Shown here piece by piece: positions 37,349 to 47,096 of a DNA stretch of 64,000 nucleotides. Location: the NCBI GenBank assembly GCA_041640595.1, contig JBEPZY010000001.1, positions 512,001-576,000 on the forward strand. The letters run 5' to 3'. The notes under the pieces are model-generated. The model saw only the letters and a list, made by a program, of their open reading frames with translations, was not told the origin of the DNA and made no database searches. The position numbers were made by a program, and so were the translations under genes. Position 1 is the stretch's first letter. The number at the start of each line of letters is the position of its first letter. The stretch is from Gemmatales bacterium. GTDB lineage: Bacteria; Planctomycetota; Planctomycetia; Gemmatales; HRBIN36.

Positions 37349-39226
37349 ATGGGCAAGGATGCCACTGCGAGCTGTACGCCAACCTGCTGGGACATGCTGG
37401 CGATCGTGTTGACTGCCAGCATGTGTTTGTTTCCAAACCTCGGCGAGCACAGTTTGTGGGACGTTGACGAGGCCCGTAATGCCGAGTGTGCCCGAGAAAT
37501 GTGGGAGGCTGGTGATTGGATTGTGCCCACGTTTAACTTCGAGTTGCGCACCGATAAACCCATCCTACCCTACTGGGCCATGATGCTTGCTTTCGCCTGC
37601 GGTGGCGTGAATGAATGGATGGCCCGGTTACCGTCAGCATTTGCGGCGCTGGCAACGAGTTTGCTGACCTGGTGGCTTGGGCGGGAGATGTTCGGTCGTT
37701 GGGCCGGATTGCTGGCGGGCCTGTTATTACCAGGAGCCGTGCTATTCAACGTTTTGGGTCACGCAGTAACGCCAGATGCTCTGTTGATTTTGTGGACCAC
37801 TGCCGCGCTCACCAGTGCCTGGTGGGGAACTGAATATGGAAACAGAAGCTGGCTGGCCTGGTTCGGTTTGTTTACGGGACTGGCCACGCTTACGAAAGGA
37901 CTGGTCGGCGTGTTACTGCCGATGACCGCGGTGGGCCTGTTTCTCATCTGGGAAAGGAAACTGTCTATACTTGCCAGCCGCTGGCTTATTTTGGGTGTCG
38001 GGATTTTGCTGACAGTAGCTTTGCCGTGGTACATAGCCGTCGGGGTGGCGACCAAAGGTGACTGGCTGATTGGCTTTTTCGGTCGCCATCATCTGGAGCG
38101 ATTCACCAGTCCTCTGGAGGGCCACAGTGGCGGCATCTGGTATCATCCGCTGATGCTGCAATTCGGATTTGCTCCCTGGTCTGGATGGTTGCTGGTGGCC
38201 TTATGGTTGGCTTTGCGAGAATTATGGCGCTGGCGGCGTGCCGTTGCTGAGGCAGGCTTGTTTTCGGGTGAGCTGACCGAGAGGCTGACTCAAAAGCAAG
38301 TTCGTTCACTGCGTTTCCTGCTTTGCTGGATCGCCACATGGATAATCTTCTTCTCCTGTGCGCAGACGAAGTTGCCCAATTACATCGCCCCCATTTACCC
38401 GGCACTGGCACTACTCTGCGGATGGTGGCTGGCATTCTGGACAGATTACCGCCTGAGTGTTCCCGACTGGCTCCTGGGTATAACGTTGCTGGGTTTGGGC
38501 ATAGTTGGTCTGGTGGTCTCCGCCGGATTGGTGCTGGCTTGTGGATGGATACCGCTGGAGGTATTGCAGGGGCGCACGATTCCTGGCCTGGCCTGGCTTA
38601 CCTGGCTGGGAGCGGTACCGATACTCGGTGCTGGTTACGCATGGAAATCGTGGCGTGCCGACCGCCGTCGGTCAGCGATTCTGGGTGCGATTGTGAGTGG
38701 TTTGCTATTCGTTGCTGTCGGAGCGGCGTTTGGGCCGGTGCTCGTGGATTCCGCCAAAATCTCCCATCGCCTCGGTCAAGCTATCGCTGCACAACAAAAG
38801 GAGCCGGAAATCCGCGTGGCCTGTTACGGATGGTTCCAGCCCAGCGTCGTTTTTTACGTTGGCCGACCGATTGCCAACTTACGTCAAAGCGAGCATGCTC
38901 GTGATTGGCTGGAACATCCGCTGGAGAGCTACCTGATAGTGTCCGAACCCTGGTGGGAAGAACGACTTCTCCCTGAATTGCGGAGCCCTTACACAGTTCT
39001 GGGATGCTACTGGGACTTCAGCCGTCGGCGTGCCGTCTTGCTGGTGGTAAATCGGCCAGAGCCAGTAAAGGCCGAGCTGGAAGCCGGCATTACTCCGCCA
39101 GCAGGCAATACAGTTGCGCGAGATGATGCCAGGCGGAAACGCCAGGCAGAGCCGCCGCTGCTTGCGCCAGGGCTTCACGAGCACTGCGTAAACGACCTAG
39201 AAGTAGCAGGGAAAGGCCGCGATTGA
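37349..39226 (+). CDS. GT-C glycosyltransferase (ArnT/GT39-like)
   Basis: LWDVDEARNAECAREM..GDWIVP, DKP.L.YW, ARLPSA, TKG, PWY, TKLPNY.AP.YPA; multiple TM helices. Confidence 0.92.
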   Translation: MGKDATASCTPTCWDMLAIVLTASMCLFPNLGEHSLWDVDEARNAECAREMWEAGDWIVPTFNFELRTDKPILPYWAMMLAFACGGVNEWMARLPSAFAALATSLLTWWLGREMFGRWAGLLAGLLLPGAVLFNVLGHAVTPDALLILWTTAALTSAWWGTEYGNRSWLAWFGLFTGLATLTKGLVGVLLPMTAVGLFLIWERKLSILASRWLILGVGILLTVALPWYIAVGVATKGDWLIGFFGRHHLERFTSPLEGHSGGIWYHPLMLQFGFAPWSGWLLVALWLALRELWRWRRAVAEAGLFSGELTERLTQKQVRSLRFLLCWIATWIIFFSCAQTKLPNYIAPIYPALALLCGWWLAFWTDYRLSVPDWLLGITLLGLGIVGLVVSAGLVLACGWIPLEVLQGRTIPGLAWLTWLGAVPILGAGYAWKSWRADRRRSAILGAIVSGLLFVAVGAAFGPVLVDSAKISHRLGQAIAAQQKEPEIRVACYGWFQPSVVFYVGRPIANLRQSEHARDWLEHPLESYLIVSEPWWEERLLPELRSPYTVLGCYWDFSRRRAVLLVVNRPEPVKAELEAGITPPAGNTVARDDARRKRQAEPPLLAPGLHEHCVNDLEVAGKGRD

Positions 39227-39896
39227 AATTAACAGGCGGAAGCGGTTCGAGCCGGTTGAAAATATCGAGCGCGGTTTGGAAATCGCCTTCTTGCCAGGCC
39301 AGTGCAGCATCTTCGTTGGCCAGCAGCAAACGCCAGCTCGGCGGTGCCTGACTTTTGATGGCGCGGAATAACTGGCGAGCCTCGCTGGTCTGGCCAAGCA
39401 AGCGTAATACCGCAGCTGCGAACAGGGCTTCTGCCGGCCGACGGTGCATGAGCATCAACTCGCCCCAGTCCCACAAGCCGGTACTGCTCAGATTGGAGAC
39501 TGGCGGTTTCCAGTTTTGCCAGGTTTCGGGCGACACATCGGACAGTTCTCGCACCAGCTGCGGAAAATAACCCAAGGCCATCGGCACAAAAGGCATCGGT
39601 TCGACTCGCCGCACGATAATACTCCAATTCGGCAAGTCCCGCATTTGCCGGGCTTGAAACTGGGCACGCTCCGATGCTTCTTCGAGTAACCAGTTCGCCG
39701 ATGCCAGAGCGTCTTCCAGGGCAGTCCGTGGTTCAAGCAGGTTGACTTCGCCCGGATGGTATGGCTCTACTTCAGAATCGCCACTCGCGCAGGAACAACC
39801 TTCCAACACCTGCACCATCTGGAGACGTTTCAGGTAGTTGGTCAGCAGATGCGGCAATGGTGGCGGAGCTGCGTTTACTTTAGCCGGTTCGTACAT
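39090..39896 (-). CDS. Hypothetical protein with C-terminal TPR-like helices
   Basis: ANEDAALAWQEG, FNRGLSLLLLGR...AR..L, WHHLAQLY; GGAG before ATG 39896. Confidence 0.7.
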   Translation of the reverse strand: MYEPAKVNAAPPPLPHLLTNYLKRLQMVQVLEGCSCASGDSEVEPYHPGEVNLLEPRTALEDALASANWLLEEASERAQFQARQMRDLPNWSIIVRRVEPMPFVPMALGYFPQLVRELSDVSPETWQNWKPPVSNLSSTGLWDWGELMLMHRRPAEALFAAAVLRLLGQTSEARQLFRAIKSQAPPSWRLLLANEDAALAWQEGDFQTALDIFNRLEPLPPVNFNRGLSLLLLGRLRSAREALAQAAAALPGVSAWHHLAQLYCLLAE

Positions 39897-40343
39897 GGTC
39901 TTTCTCCAAAACTCAAAATCCCAGCCATGCCGGGCCAGTGGCAAGCACTGGTCAAAGCTTCTGTTCTAATCAATCCTCCGTAGATGGAAGGGCAACCGGG
40001 CTTTACAAGCATTCGTTATCGATCCCGTCTTGATAGGGATTGTTGCTTCGCATGTTGGCCCGTCGGAAAGAGGCGTATTCGAATGTAGCCGTTCCTGCGC
40101 TGCGAGCCAGAGCCACTTTCGCGGTCCTCACGACTACCAATTCATGATGGTCGCCCGTATAGAAAACGTGCACGGCGACCCGGCTTGCGCAGATTGCAAG
40201 CGCTTCAGAAAAATTCCGATGCAATGTGGAAACAACACCTCGGGCGAGATCGCTTGGCGACCCAATGACAGCTAACAGGCCAGCGGTTTTCGTGAGCGAT
40301 TTAGTGCTGTCCCCGCTTCCGTAATAGGCACCCGCTGACAGGC

Positions 40344-41789
40344 TCAGGCGGGGATTTCGAAGCCTTTGCGGTATTCGCGGGAGAGCAGTGCGTTGGCTTC
40401 GTTGTTGCCGACGAAGCGCTCTACTTTCGGGTCGAACTTCAGCAGTGGTCCTACCCGCAGCAGCTCCAGTTGCGTTACCTGGTTTTCGCGCAGATGTTCC
40501 ACCATTCGGGCAAAAGCTTCCTGGCCTTCCTTTGTGAGCTCCTTTTCAGCGCCCGGATAATAAGGTTTGCCCAAACGGTAACTGATATTGCCCAGGTGGC
40601 ACAGAGCGCTGGATAGATGGCCCTCCTCGATGTCGGCATGGAGGTCACTGGCTTTACGACTCTTGACGGCCTGGATGAAGTTGGCGAAATGATTGCCGCC
40701 TCCCTGGAACTTCTTGATCAGCTGGCCGTCCGGTGTGAACGCCGCCCCGCTGTTATAGTTCGTGCTGACGACGTAGCCCTTATCGCCATACCAGATGTTA
40801 CCGATGCGGCAGCCCAGCAAATCTTTGGTGGGCAAACCCCGCACTTCGAAAATGAGCTGGCTGTCGCCGTAGTCAAACACGCAAATTTGCGTATTGGCGG
40901 TTTCCCCGGCATCTTCGTAACCGACGCGACCACCGATGGAAATGACAGCCTGGCAGAGCGTGTTCTTTTGCAAGCCCCAGCGGGCCTTGTCCATTTCGTG
41001 AATGCCCTGATTGCCCAGATCGCCGTTGCCGTAATCCCAGAACCAGTGCCAATCGTAATGGAACCGTTTCCGCAGCACGGGTTTTTTCGGAGCAGGACCT
41101 AACCACAGGTCGTAATCCACCGTGCTGGGAGGCTCCGCAGTAACCCTGGGGCCGATGCTTGGCCTCGGTTTGTAACATAGACCGCGCGCCAGTGTAACCT
41201 TCCCAATGCCGCCGCTATGGATGAAAGCAAGGGTTTCACGCATTCCAGCCATAGACCGGCTTTGCGTTCCGGTTTGCACAATGCGGTTGTATTTACGGGC
41301 GAAATCCACTATCCGTCGGCCTTCCCAAACATTGTGGCTCACCGGCTTTTCGACGTAAACGTCTTTGCCCGCCTGAATCGCCCAGATAGCAGCTAGGGCA
41401 TGCCAGTGGTTCGGCGTGGCAATGGAAACCACGTCCACGTCTTTGCGCTCCAGCACCCGGCGAAGGTCCTGCACAAACTCAGGCACAAAACCCTGGCGAG
41501 CTTCTACTTCGGCCAACGTCTTTTTGACGTGTTCCATGCCGGGAACAGCTTTATCACAATCGCACATGACGGTCACGACCGTATCGGGCAACGCTGCATA
41601 TCCCGACAAGTGAGCGCGGCCCTGGCCATGGAAGCCGATAACCGCGACGCGAATGCGATCATTCGGGCCAGCTTTCCTGGCAGCGGCCTTTTCCTGGCTT
41701 GAGGCAGGCGTATCACCTGCGAAAACGGCGGCTGCTGACGCAAATACCACTGCATCCCGCACAAATTCTCGCCGATTGCCAAACCACAT
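40344..41789 (-). CDS. Tat-exported Gfo/Idh/MocA oxidoreductase
   Basis: NRREFV twin-arginine motif; RVAVIGFHGQG, IATPNHWH, GKDVYVEKP, QTGTQSRS, DYDLWLGPAP, WDYGNGDLGNQGIH; SD GGAG. Confidence 0.93.
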   Translation of the reverse strand: MWFGNRREFVRDAVVFASAAAVFAGDTPASSQEKAAARKAGPNDRIRVAVIGFHGQGRAHLSGYAALPDTVVTVMCDCDKAVPGMEHVKKTLAEVEARQGFVPEFVQDLRRVLERKDVDVVSIATPNHWHALAAIWAIQAGKDVYVEKPVSHNVWEGRRIVDFARKYNRIVQTGTQSRSMAGMRETLAFIHSGGIGKVTLARGLCYKPRPSIGPRVTAEPPSTVDYDLWLGPAPKKPVLRKRFHYDWHWFWDYGNGDLGNQGIHEMDKARWGLQKNTLCQAVISIGGRVGYEDAGETANTQICVFDYGDSQLIFEVRGLPTKDLLGCRIGNIWYGDKGYVVSTNYNSGAAFTPDGQLIKKFQGGGNHFANFIQAVKSRKASDLHADIEEGHLSSALCHLGNISYRLGKPYYPGAEKELTKEGQEAFARMVEHLRENQVTQLELLRVGPLLKFDPKVERFVGNNEANALLSREYRKGFEIPA

Positions 41790-42017
41790 GATTCTTCTCC
41801 TTTTGCTGGGGGGAAGCAAGGGGAAGGTACCGTGCAAACTTAAGTAGTACTGCCGAGTGATACACATGGCAATGGTGACGACACTTGCTGAGGAACTGCT
41901 GTCCGGCCTAAAAAGTTGTAACTTCCGGCAAAATCTGCCACCGAACCACGTGTGCAAATGAAGGCGGCGCGCTTCCCCAATCAGGCCAACTGGCTATGTT
42001 TTGCACGAGATTTCCCG

Positions 42018-42656
42018 CTAGCGCAGGCGGGACAAGATTTGCAGCACCTTGGGCGGCCCTAAGATTTCACGCAACAAAAAGGCGGCTTGCAGATCTTCGC
42101 GGTTTTGCAGATACCTGGAGATAAAGACCAGGGCAGGAGGCGGAGCACGTCGGGTTGCCTGGGCTGGCGGCGAGTGGAACTCGAGAGCGGCTGGACTCAC
42201 CGACAAACCCGCTGTTGATGGTGTCGGAAATGCTCGCGATGGCGGAGGAGCAACGATCGCGCTGGGAGGAAGTACGAAAACAGGCTCCACAGGAACATCC
42301 ACAGGGCCAACTGGTGCCGGACGTTCTGGCGTGCCGACCGGAACGGTCGTGGACGGTGCGGATGGGAGACGACGCGGGCGCGTTACTGGCGAGGGCCGTT
42401 GTTGCTTGCGCCGTCGCTCCAAAAATTCCTTGAGCCGGTCGCTCGACTTCGGCGGTGCGCTGACCGGCTGCACTACCGGAACGTCTTGCGGTGCTGACTG
42501 GCCGGCTGGAAAGACCACGGGTTCGGCGTCCGTTCGGCGGTTCGGACGTGCTACTGGTGGAGGCGGTTGTTGCGGTCGCAGAGCTGTGGATAGCAAATAC
42601 ACCAGAAAAGCAATGACCGGAATCAGGTAAATGACCCAGTCCCCGGCGGCGAGCAT
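42018..42656 (-). CDS. Hypothetical TM-anchored Pro-rich protein (positionally like YqfB)
   Basis: N-terminal TM helix, Pro-rich middle, C-terminal LQAAFLLREILGPP; directly downstream of floA. Confidence 0.7.
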   Translation of the reverse strand: MLAAGDWVIYLIPVIAFLVYLLSTALRPQQPPPPVARPNRRTDAEPVVFPAGQSAPQDVPVVQPVSAPPKSSDRLKEFLERRRKQQRPSPVTRPRRLPSAPSTTVPVGTPERPAPVGPVDVPVEPVFVLPPSAIVAPPPSRAFPTPSTAGLSVSPAALEFHSPPAQATRRAPPPALVFISRYLQNREDLQAAFLLREILGPPKVLQILSRLR

Positions 42657-42674
42657 GGAAAATCTCCTGAATGA

Positions 42675-43745
42675 TTATTGCGATTGCGTCGGCCCGCGAT
42701 CAGGCTCCCGGCGTGAGCCAATGCCGGCCACTGCCGAGCGCATTTCCGTATCGGCCTGCAAATTCCGCAAAGCGTAGTAGTCCATAACACCGAGTCGGCC
42801 TTCGCGCAAGGCCACCGCAATGGCGCGAGGGATTTCCGCCTCGGCTTCCACGAGTTTGGCGCGATTTTCTTCGACCTTCGCACGCATTTCTTGCTCAAGA
42901 GCGACAGCGGCAGCCCGACGCTGCTCGGCCTGAGCCTGGGCGACACGCAGATCCGCAGCCGCCTGGTCGGCACGGAGTTTCGCCCCTACGTTTTCGCCCA
43001 CCTCCACATCGGCAATATCCACCGAGACAATGTCGAAAGCGGTCTGGGCATCCAACCCCATCGCCAGCACTTCCTTGGAAATGATGCTGGGGTTGGCCAG
43101 CACCTGCTTGTAGTCATCGGCCTGACCGATGGCCGATACGATACCCTGACCAACGCGGGCGATGATAGTTTCCTCGGTAGCTCCACCCACCAGCCGTTCG
43201 AGTTTCGTTCGCACAGTTACACGAGCCTTGACACGTAGCTGAATACCGTCTTTGGCAACGGCGTCGAGAGTGCGCGTCCCCTTACTGGGATCAGGGCAAT
43301 CAATAACCTTCGGATTGACACTGGTGCGTACCGCGTCGAGAACATCCCGGCCAGCCAGATCAATCGCCGCTGCCCGATTCCACGGTAAATCAATCCCGGC
43401 CTTGTAGGCGGCGATAACGGCTGCGGCTGTTTTCGGCACGTTGCCACGCGCCAGGTAATGGGCTTCCAGATCGCGGGTTTCCACACGGATGCCTGCCTGC
43501 ACCAGGGCAATTTTCTGCTGCACGATCAGTTGGTAATTCACCTTCCGCAGCATCATGCCGATCATGTCGAAGATGCCGACGCCGGCACCGGTTAGCCAGG
43601 ACTGAATCCACAAATTGAAGAAGCGGAAAAACAGCAGCAGGAAAATAACGCCGATAATCCCGGCGACCGCTAACAGAATCCAGACCCAGATCATTTGGTC
43701 TGCACCCGCACGTTGTGCCAGGATCAGCCCAGCCGTTGCGAACAT
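42675..43745 (-). CDS. floA: Flotillin-like protein FloA (YqfA family)
   Basis: [93 protein letters not shown]. Confidence 0.95.
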   Translation of the reverse strand: MFATAGLILAQRAGADQMIWVWILLAVAGIIGVIFLLLFFRFFNLWIQSWLTGAGVGIFDMIGMMLRKVNYQLIVQQKIALVQAGIRVETRDLEAHYLARGNVPKTAAAVIAAYKAGIDLPWNRAAAIDLAGRDVLDAVRTSVNPKVIDCPDPSKGTRTLDAVAKDGIQLRVKARVTVRTKLERLVGGATEETIIARVGQGIVSAIGQADDYKQVLANPSIISKEVLAMGLDAQTAFDIVSVDIADVEVGENVGAKLRADQAAADLRVAQAQAEQRRAAAVALEQEMRAKVEENRAKLVEAEAEIPRAIAVALREGRLGVMDYYALRNLQADTEMRSAVAGIGSRREPDRGPTQSQ

Positions 43746-44033
43746 GGTAAGTCGCTCCTTGATGTTTCGCTTCCTCGGTCAGAATCACCTGATTGCCGGA
43801 TACTCCCAGTGGACTCGCTACCCGTTAATCGCCGACGATTGCCCGCTATTGTTGTAGGAAAAACGGGCACCGGCGGACTCAGGTTTACCGTCCGTCGCGG
43901 AATTTGCTTGTGAACTCGGCAATTCCGTGTGAGTGGCCATAAGAAGGACGGGGATAACAGTACGTGATTTCCGGGTTTCTGCAATGACCCCGGCTGGAGG
44001 CGGAATGGTTTGCGTGCCCACAGGGAATTGTGA

Positions 44034-44576
44034 TCATCCTGTTTCTTCGGCCAGCTGGATTTCGTCGGGGCCGACAGGACGAACAATCACATAGCCGGGT
44101 CGCGCATCCACCACGCGGACGTATTGTCCTGCCTCGACGTAAACGCCCTCGGTTTCAGCGTCAATACGCCGGCCCTGTATCAGCACAATTCCACTGGGAC
44201 GAAGCGGAGACACCGCACGTCCAATCTGCCCTTTCAAAGTGGAATAATCCGCCCGACTGGGGAAAGCTTGCTGTGTCGGTTCTTCCTGAGGCTCCGGAGC
44301 TGCCAGGATAAATCGCTTGCCCAAAGGCGTTTTCGGCCAGTAATAAAAGGCGATTCCCACCACCACGGGAATGAGCACGAAGACAATGGCCACAGTAACC
44401 AGGCCAGCGGTGACACCTCCGCCTCGCGATTCGGGGATGAAGAAAATCATGCCGATGCCCACGATCAGCGAGACCAGCGCCAGCACAAACAGCACGCCCC
44501 CAGACGGAATAAACACTTCCGCTGCCAGCAGAATAAATCCGAGAATGATCAGGCCAATCGGTAGTAGCCAGTCCAT
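44034..44576 (-). CDS. Short NfeD family protein
   Basis: AEVFIPSGG TM bundle plus C-terminal OB-fold G.AVSPLRPSG...I.G.RIDA.TEG.YVEAG..VRVV. Confidence 0.9.
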   Translation of the reverse strand: MDWLLPIGLIILGFILLAAEVFIPSGGVLFVLALVSLIVGIGMIFFIPESRGGGVTAGLVTVAIVFVLIPVVVGIAFYYWPKTPLGKRFILAAPEPQEEPTQQAFPSRADYSTLKGQIGRAVSPLRPSGIVLIQGRRIDAETEGVYVEAGQYVRVVDARPGYVIVRPVGPDEIQLAEETG

Positions 44577-44740
44577 ACCACACTAGGTACGTTTTGAATC
44601 CTCACTATTAGTTTAGCGACCAGGAAACTGAACGGAAGCGCACATGGGATGAATTTGTCGGCCTGGAAAGCACCGGCCCTTTCAGCATCCGGCACACCGA
44701 GGCTTATGTGGCTTTTGCACTTTGCCATGCCGTCTCGTCG

Positions 44741-46975
44741 TCACGGCGAGGGCAAAGCCTGAACTACGATGCGAGTACCTTCCACCTGGACTACCTGCAC
44801 TCGCGTTCCCGCTTCGAGGTACTGGCCCTCTGCTATGACGTCAAGCTGAACGTCGCCAAAACGAGCCTTTCCAGCCGGGCGCAATGCCGTCGTCGCTACG
44901 CCGACCGCGCCCACATATTGCTGATACTCCTGCACAGGAACCGCTGTGGTTTCCGTCGGGCTGACAGGTTCCGGTGGGGGCAGGACTAATCCTTTCAAGA
45001 ACGGCACACTCGGCAGATGCCGACCGATTAAGAAGGCCAGGGCGATTGCCGCCACCAGTCCGCCTCCCAGAATGCCCAAATACTTCGCCAGATTGAAATA
45101 TTCCTCGGTAGATTGCGGCCAGTGTTGCACCAGCAGCAAGGCGACACTGCAAATCACCAGCAGCACGCCACTGAACCCTGCCACGACCATGCCCGGCAAT
45201 ACAAACAACTCGACCAGCAACAGCACCAACCCCAGCATGAATAGCAGAATCGCCAGCGAATTGACTTCTCGAGCCAGCCAGGAATGGGCCCAGAACATCA
45301 ACACGAAGCATACCGCCGCAATTACCGCTGGCAGTCCAATCCCTCCTGTTTTGAATTCCAGCAGCAGACACGTGAATCCGAGGATGAAAAGAAACACGGT
45401 CGTTACGGGATGGGCAATGATGTTGACCAGTTCGTCGAGCCAATCGCTCCGCATTTCCACCGTATTCTCTCGTTTCAGGCCAAACAGATTGAGCACCGCT
45501 TCTCGGGAGGCGTCGTCAGGCAACACAAAGCGACTAACTCCCAGGGCCCGGGCTTGCTGGCCGGTCACCGTAAGCAAGCGAAACGGCCTGTCGAGAATTT
45601 CGAATTCCGCACGTCGCCGTTCGGCTTCGTCCCGTCGGAGAACGAAAGTCGCACCGGCACCGGGAACCTCCTTTTTAGCACGCACCCGTACCAGCTCCAG
45701 CTCCGGATCGAACAGCGCCTCGGCAAGTGCTTCTCCACCGTGGAAGCGGGTGAGTTCGCGTAGGCTTCGCACATACGGTTCAAGTTCGAGAGGGCTGAGG
45801 ACTCGCCGGCCACTGCCACGAACCTGCTGCATATCGCCCAGCTCTGCCGATTGGCACAAAACGATTTCCCGACAGGCAAAGGCCAGGTACGTTGCTGCTC
45901 CGCTGGCACGCTTAGGAATATAGGCTACCGTAAGCACTTTGCCCTGCTCGCGTTGAATGTCCTGAATGAGGCGAGCTACCTCCTGAGCTCCACGAGCATT
46001 GCCGCCAGCACCAATTTCGAAAACAACGCAGCCAGCGTTCAACTTTTGTACGGCCCGTTCCCACTTCCGCCGTAAAGTGCTCACCGTTCCCGCATCGAGG
46101 TCGTTGCTCACGACGATCCAGGCGACTTTGCTTTCCGGGTTTACCGCCACGCTGCCGAGCAAAACGGCCCGGTCTAAGTGCAATTGGTCCACAAGTTCCT
46201 CCAGACCACTGACTTTGCCGGAGACCAGGCGAAATTCCCGGGCCGCCTGTTCGGCACTGATGACGCTGGCCCCTTCGCCGCCTGGAATAACCAGTTGTCC
46301 GCCTTCGCCAGCTCCGATCAACAAATCCGGCGGAATTTCCAGCTGACGCGCCAGCGGTGTGTCTTCCAGCTTGTAGGTGCGTTGACCGTTTTCGATTACC
46401 TGGTACACACTGAGCGGCTGATAAATCAGGCGCAGAACAACGGCCAGGTACAACCCGCGCCCGCGTGCGATTTCTTCATAGATGGCACGGTCGGCTTTGC
46501 TGAGCGGTGCTTCCTGGCCGACGGTAACTTTCCCCAGGGCACCTTCGGGACCAAGCCAGCGATACTCCGCTGCCAGAAATGGCAATATCAGATGGCCGGA
46601 AAGCGGTTTATCCGCGTAAGCGTGAATGTTCGCGCGACCTCGAATTTCGCGGAACAGGTAGTTGGCCAGGTCGCGGGCTACTCCCAACGAACTGGGGGCA
46701 CCAGGCTGGAAATGCAGGATAATCTTGCGAACGCCCAGGCCGATGTGGTGTTCGACCTCGTTGCGGAGCTGGTTGACGGCTTCCGAGCTGAGCGGACTGC
46801 GGACTACCAGATAGGCACCACTTTCACGCTCCGGTTGGCTCCACGAGACATGCACCGCTGCCGACAGCATCCATAGAAAGCTTGCCAGTGCAGCGCAACG
46901 CAGGGCAACCGAAGCTGACAGCTTCCCTGCCAGACCGAGCCTCCGCTCAGTTTGTTGCTGTGCAACCTGCCTCAT
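44741..46975 (-). CDS. Long NfeD family protein (ClpP-like domains, TM bundle, OB-fold)
   Basis: TVAYIP.RA...YLAFAC.EI, LEFKTGG.G, ELFVLPG..VAG, G.ATTALRPAGKARFG...DVIAEG; start reassigned to ATG 46975 (GAGG upstream). Confidence 0.88.
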   Translation of the reverse strand: MRQVAQQQTERRLGLAGKLSASVALRCAALASFLWMLSAAVHVSWSQPERESGAYLVVRSPLSSEAVNQLRNEVEHHIGLGVRKIILHFQPGAPSSLGVARDLANYLFREIRGRANIHAYADKPLSGHLILPFLAAEYRWLGPEGALGKVTVGQEAPLSKADRAIYEEIARGRGLYLAVVLRLIYQPLSVYQVIENGQRTYKLEDTPLARQLEIPPDLLIGAGEGGQLVIPGGEGASVISAEQAAREFRLVSGKVSGLEELVDQLHLDRAVLLGSVAVNPESKVAWIVVSNDLDAGTVSTLRRKWERAVQKLNAGCVVFEIGAGGNARGAQEVARLIQDIQREQGKVLTVAYIPKRASGAATYLAFACREIVLCQSAELGDMQQVRGSGRRVLSPLELEPYVRSLRELTRFHGGEALAEALFDPELELVRVRAKKEVPGAGATFVLRRDEAERRRAEFEILDRPFRLLTVTGQQARALGVSRFVLPDDASREAVLNLFGLKRENTVEMRSDWLDELVNIIAHPVTTVFLFILGFTCLLLEFKTGGIGLPAVIAAVCFVLMFWAHSWLAREVNSLAILLFMLGLVLLLVELFVLPGMVVAGFSGVLLVICSVALLLVQHWPQSTEEYFNLAKYLGILGGGLVAAIALAFLIGRHLPSVPFLKGLVLPPPEPVSPTETTAVPVQEYQQYVGAVGVATTALRPAGKARFGDVQLDVIAEGQYLEAGTRVQVVQVEGTRIVVQALPSP

Positions 46976-47096
46976 ACCCGTCCCAACCTCAAGCGCGCCA
47001 ATAGGTGTATTTCTCCTTGGCCAAATCCGCCATTGTTCTGTGATGATTATAGAATGGTCAAAAATTCCCGTCAAAAGCGCACACAGGGTAACGATC

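Noticed and set aside
37252..39226. Genomic island integrated at tRNA-His
   Set aside because: No integrase, no duplicated tRNA 3' end noticed, and downstream genes have ordinary composition
39950..40340. Short ORFs (73 and 81 aa) between the TPR-like and Gfo genes
   Set aside because: No SD, motif or protein-like composition; treated as intergenic
44946..45923. 325-aa plus-strand ORF
   Set aside because: Shadow of the long nfeD; Ser/Arg-rich composition typical of off-frame reading
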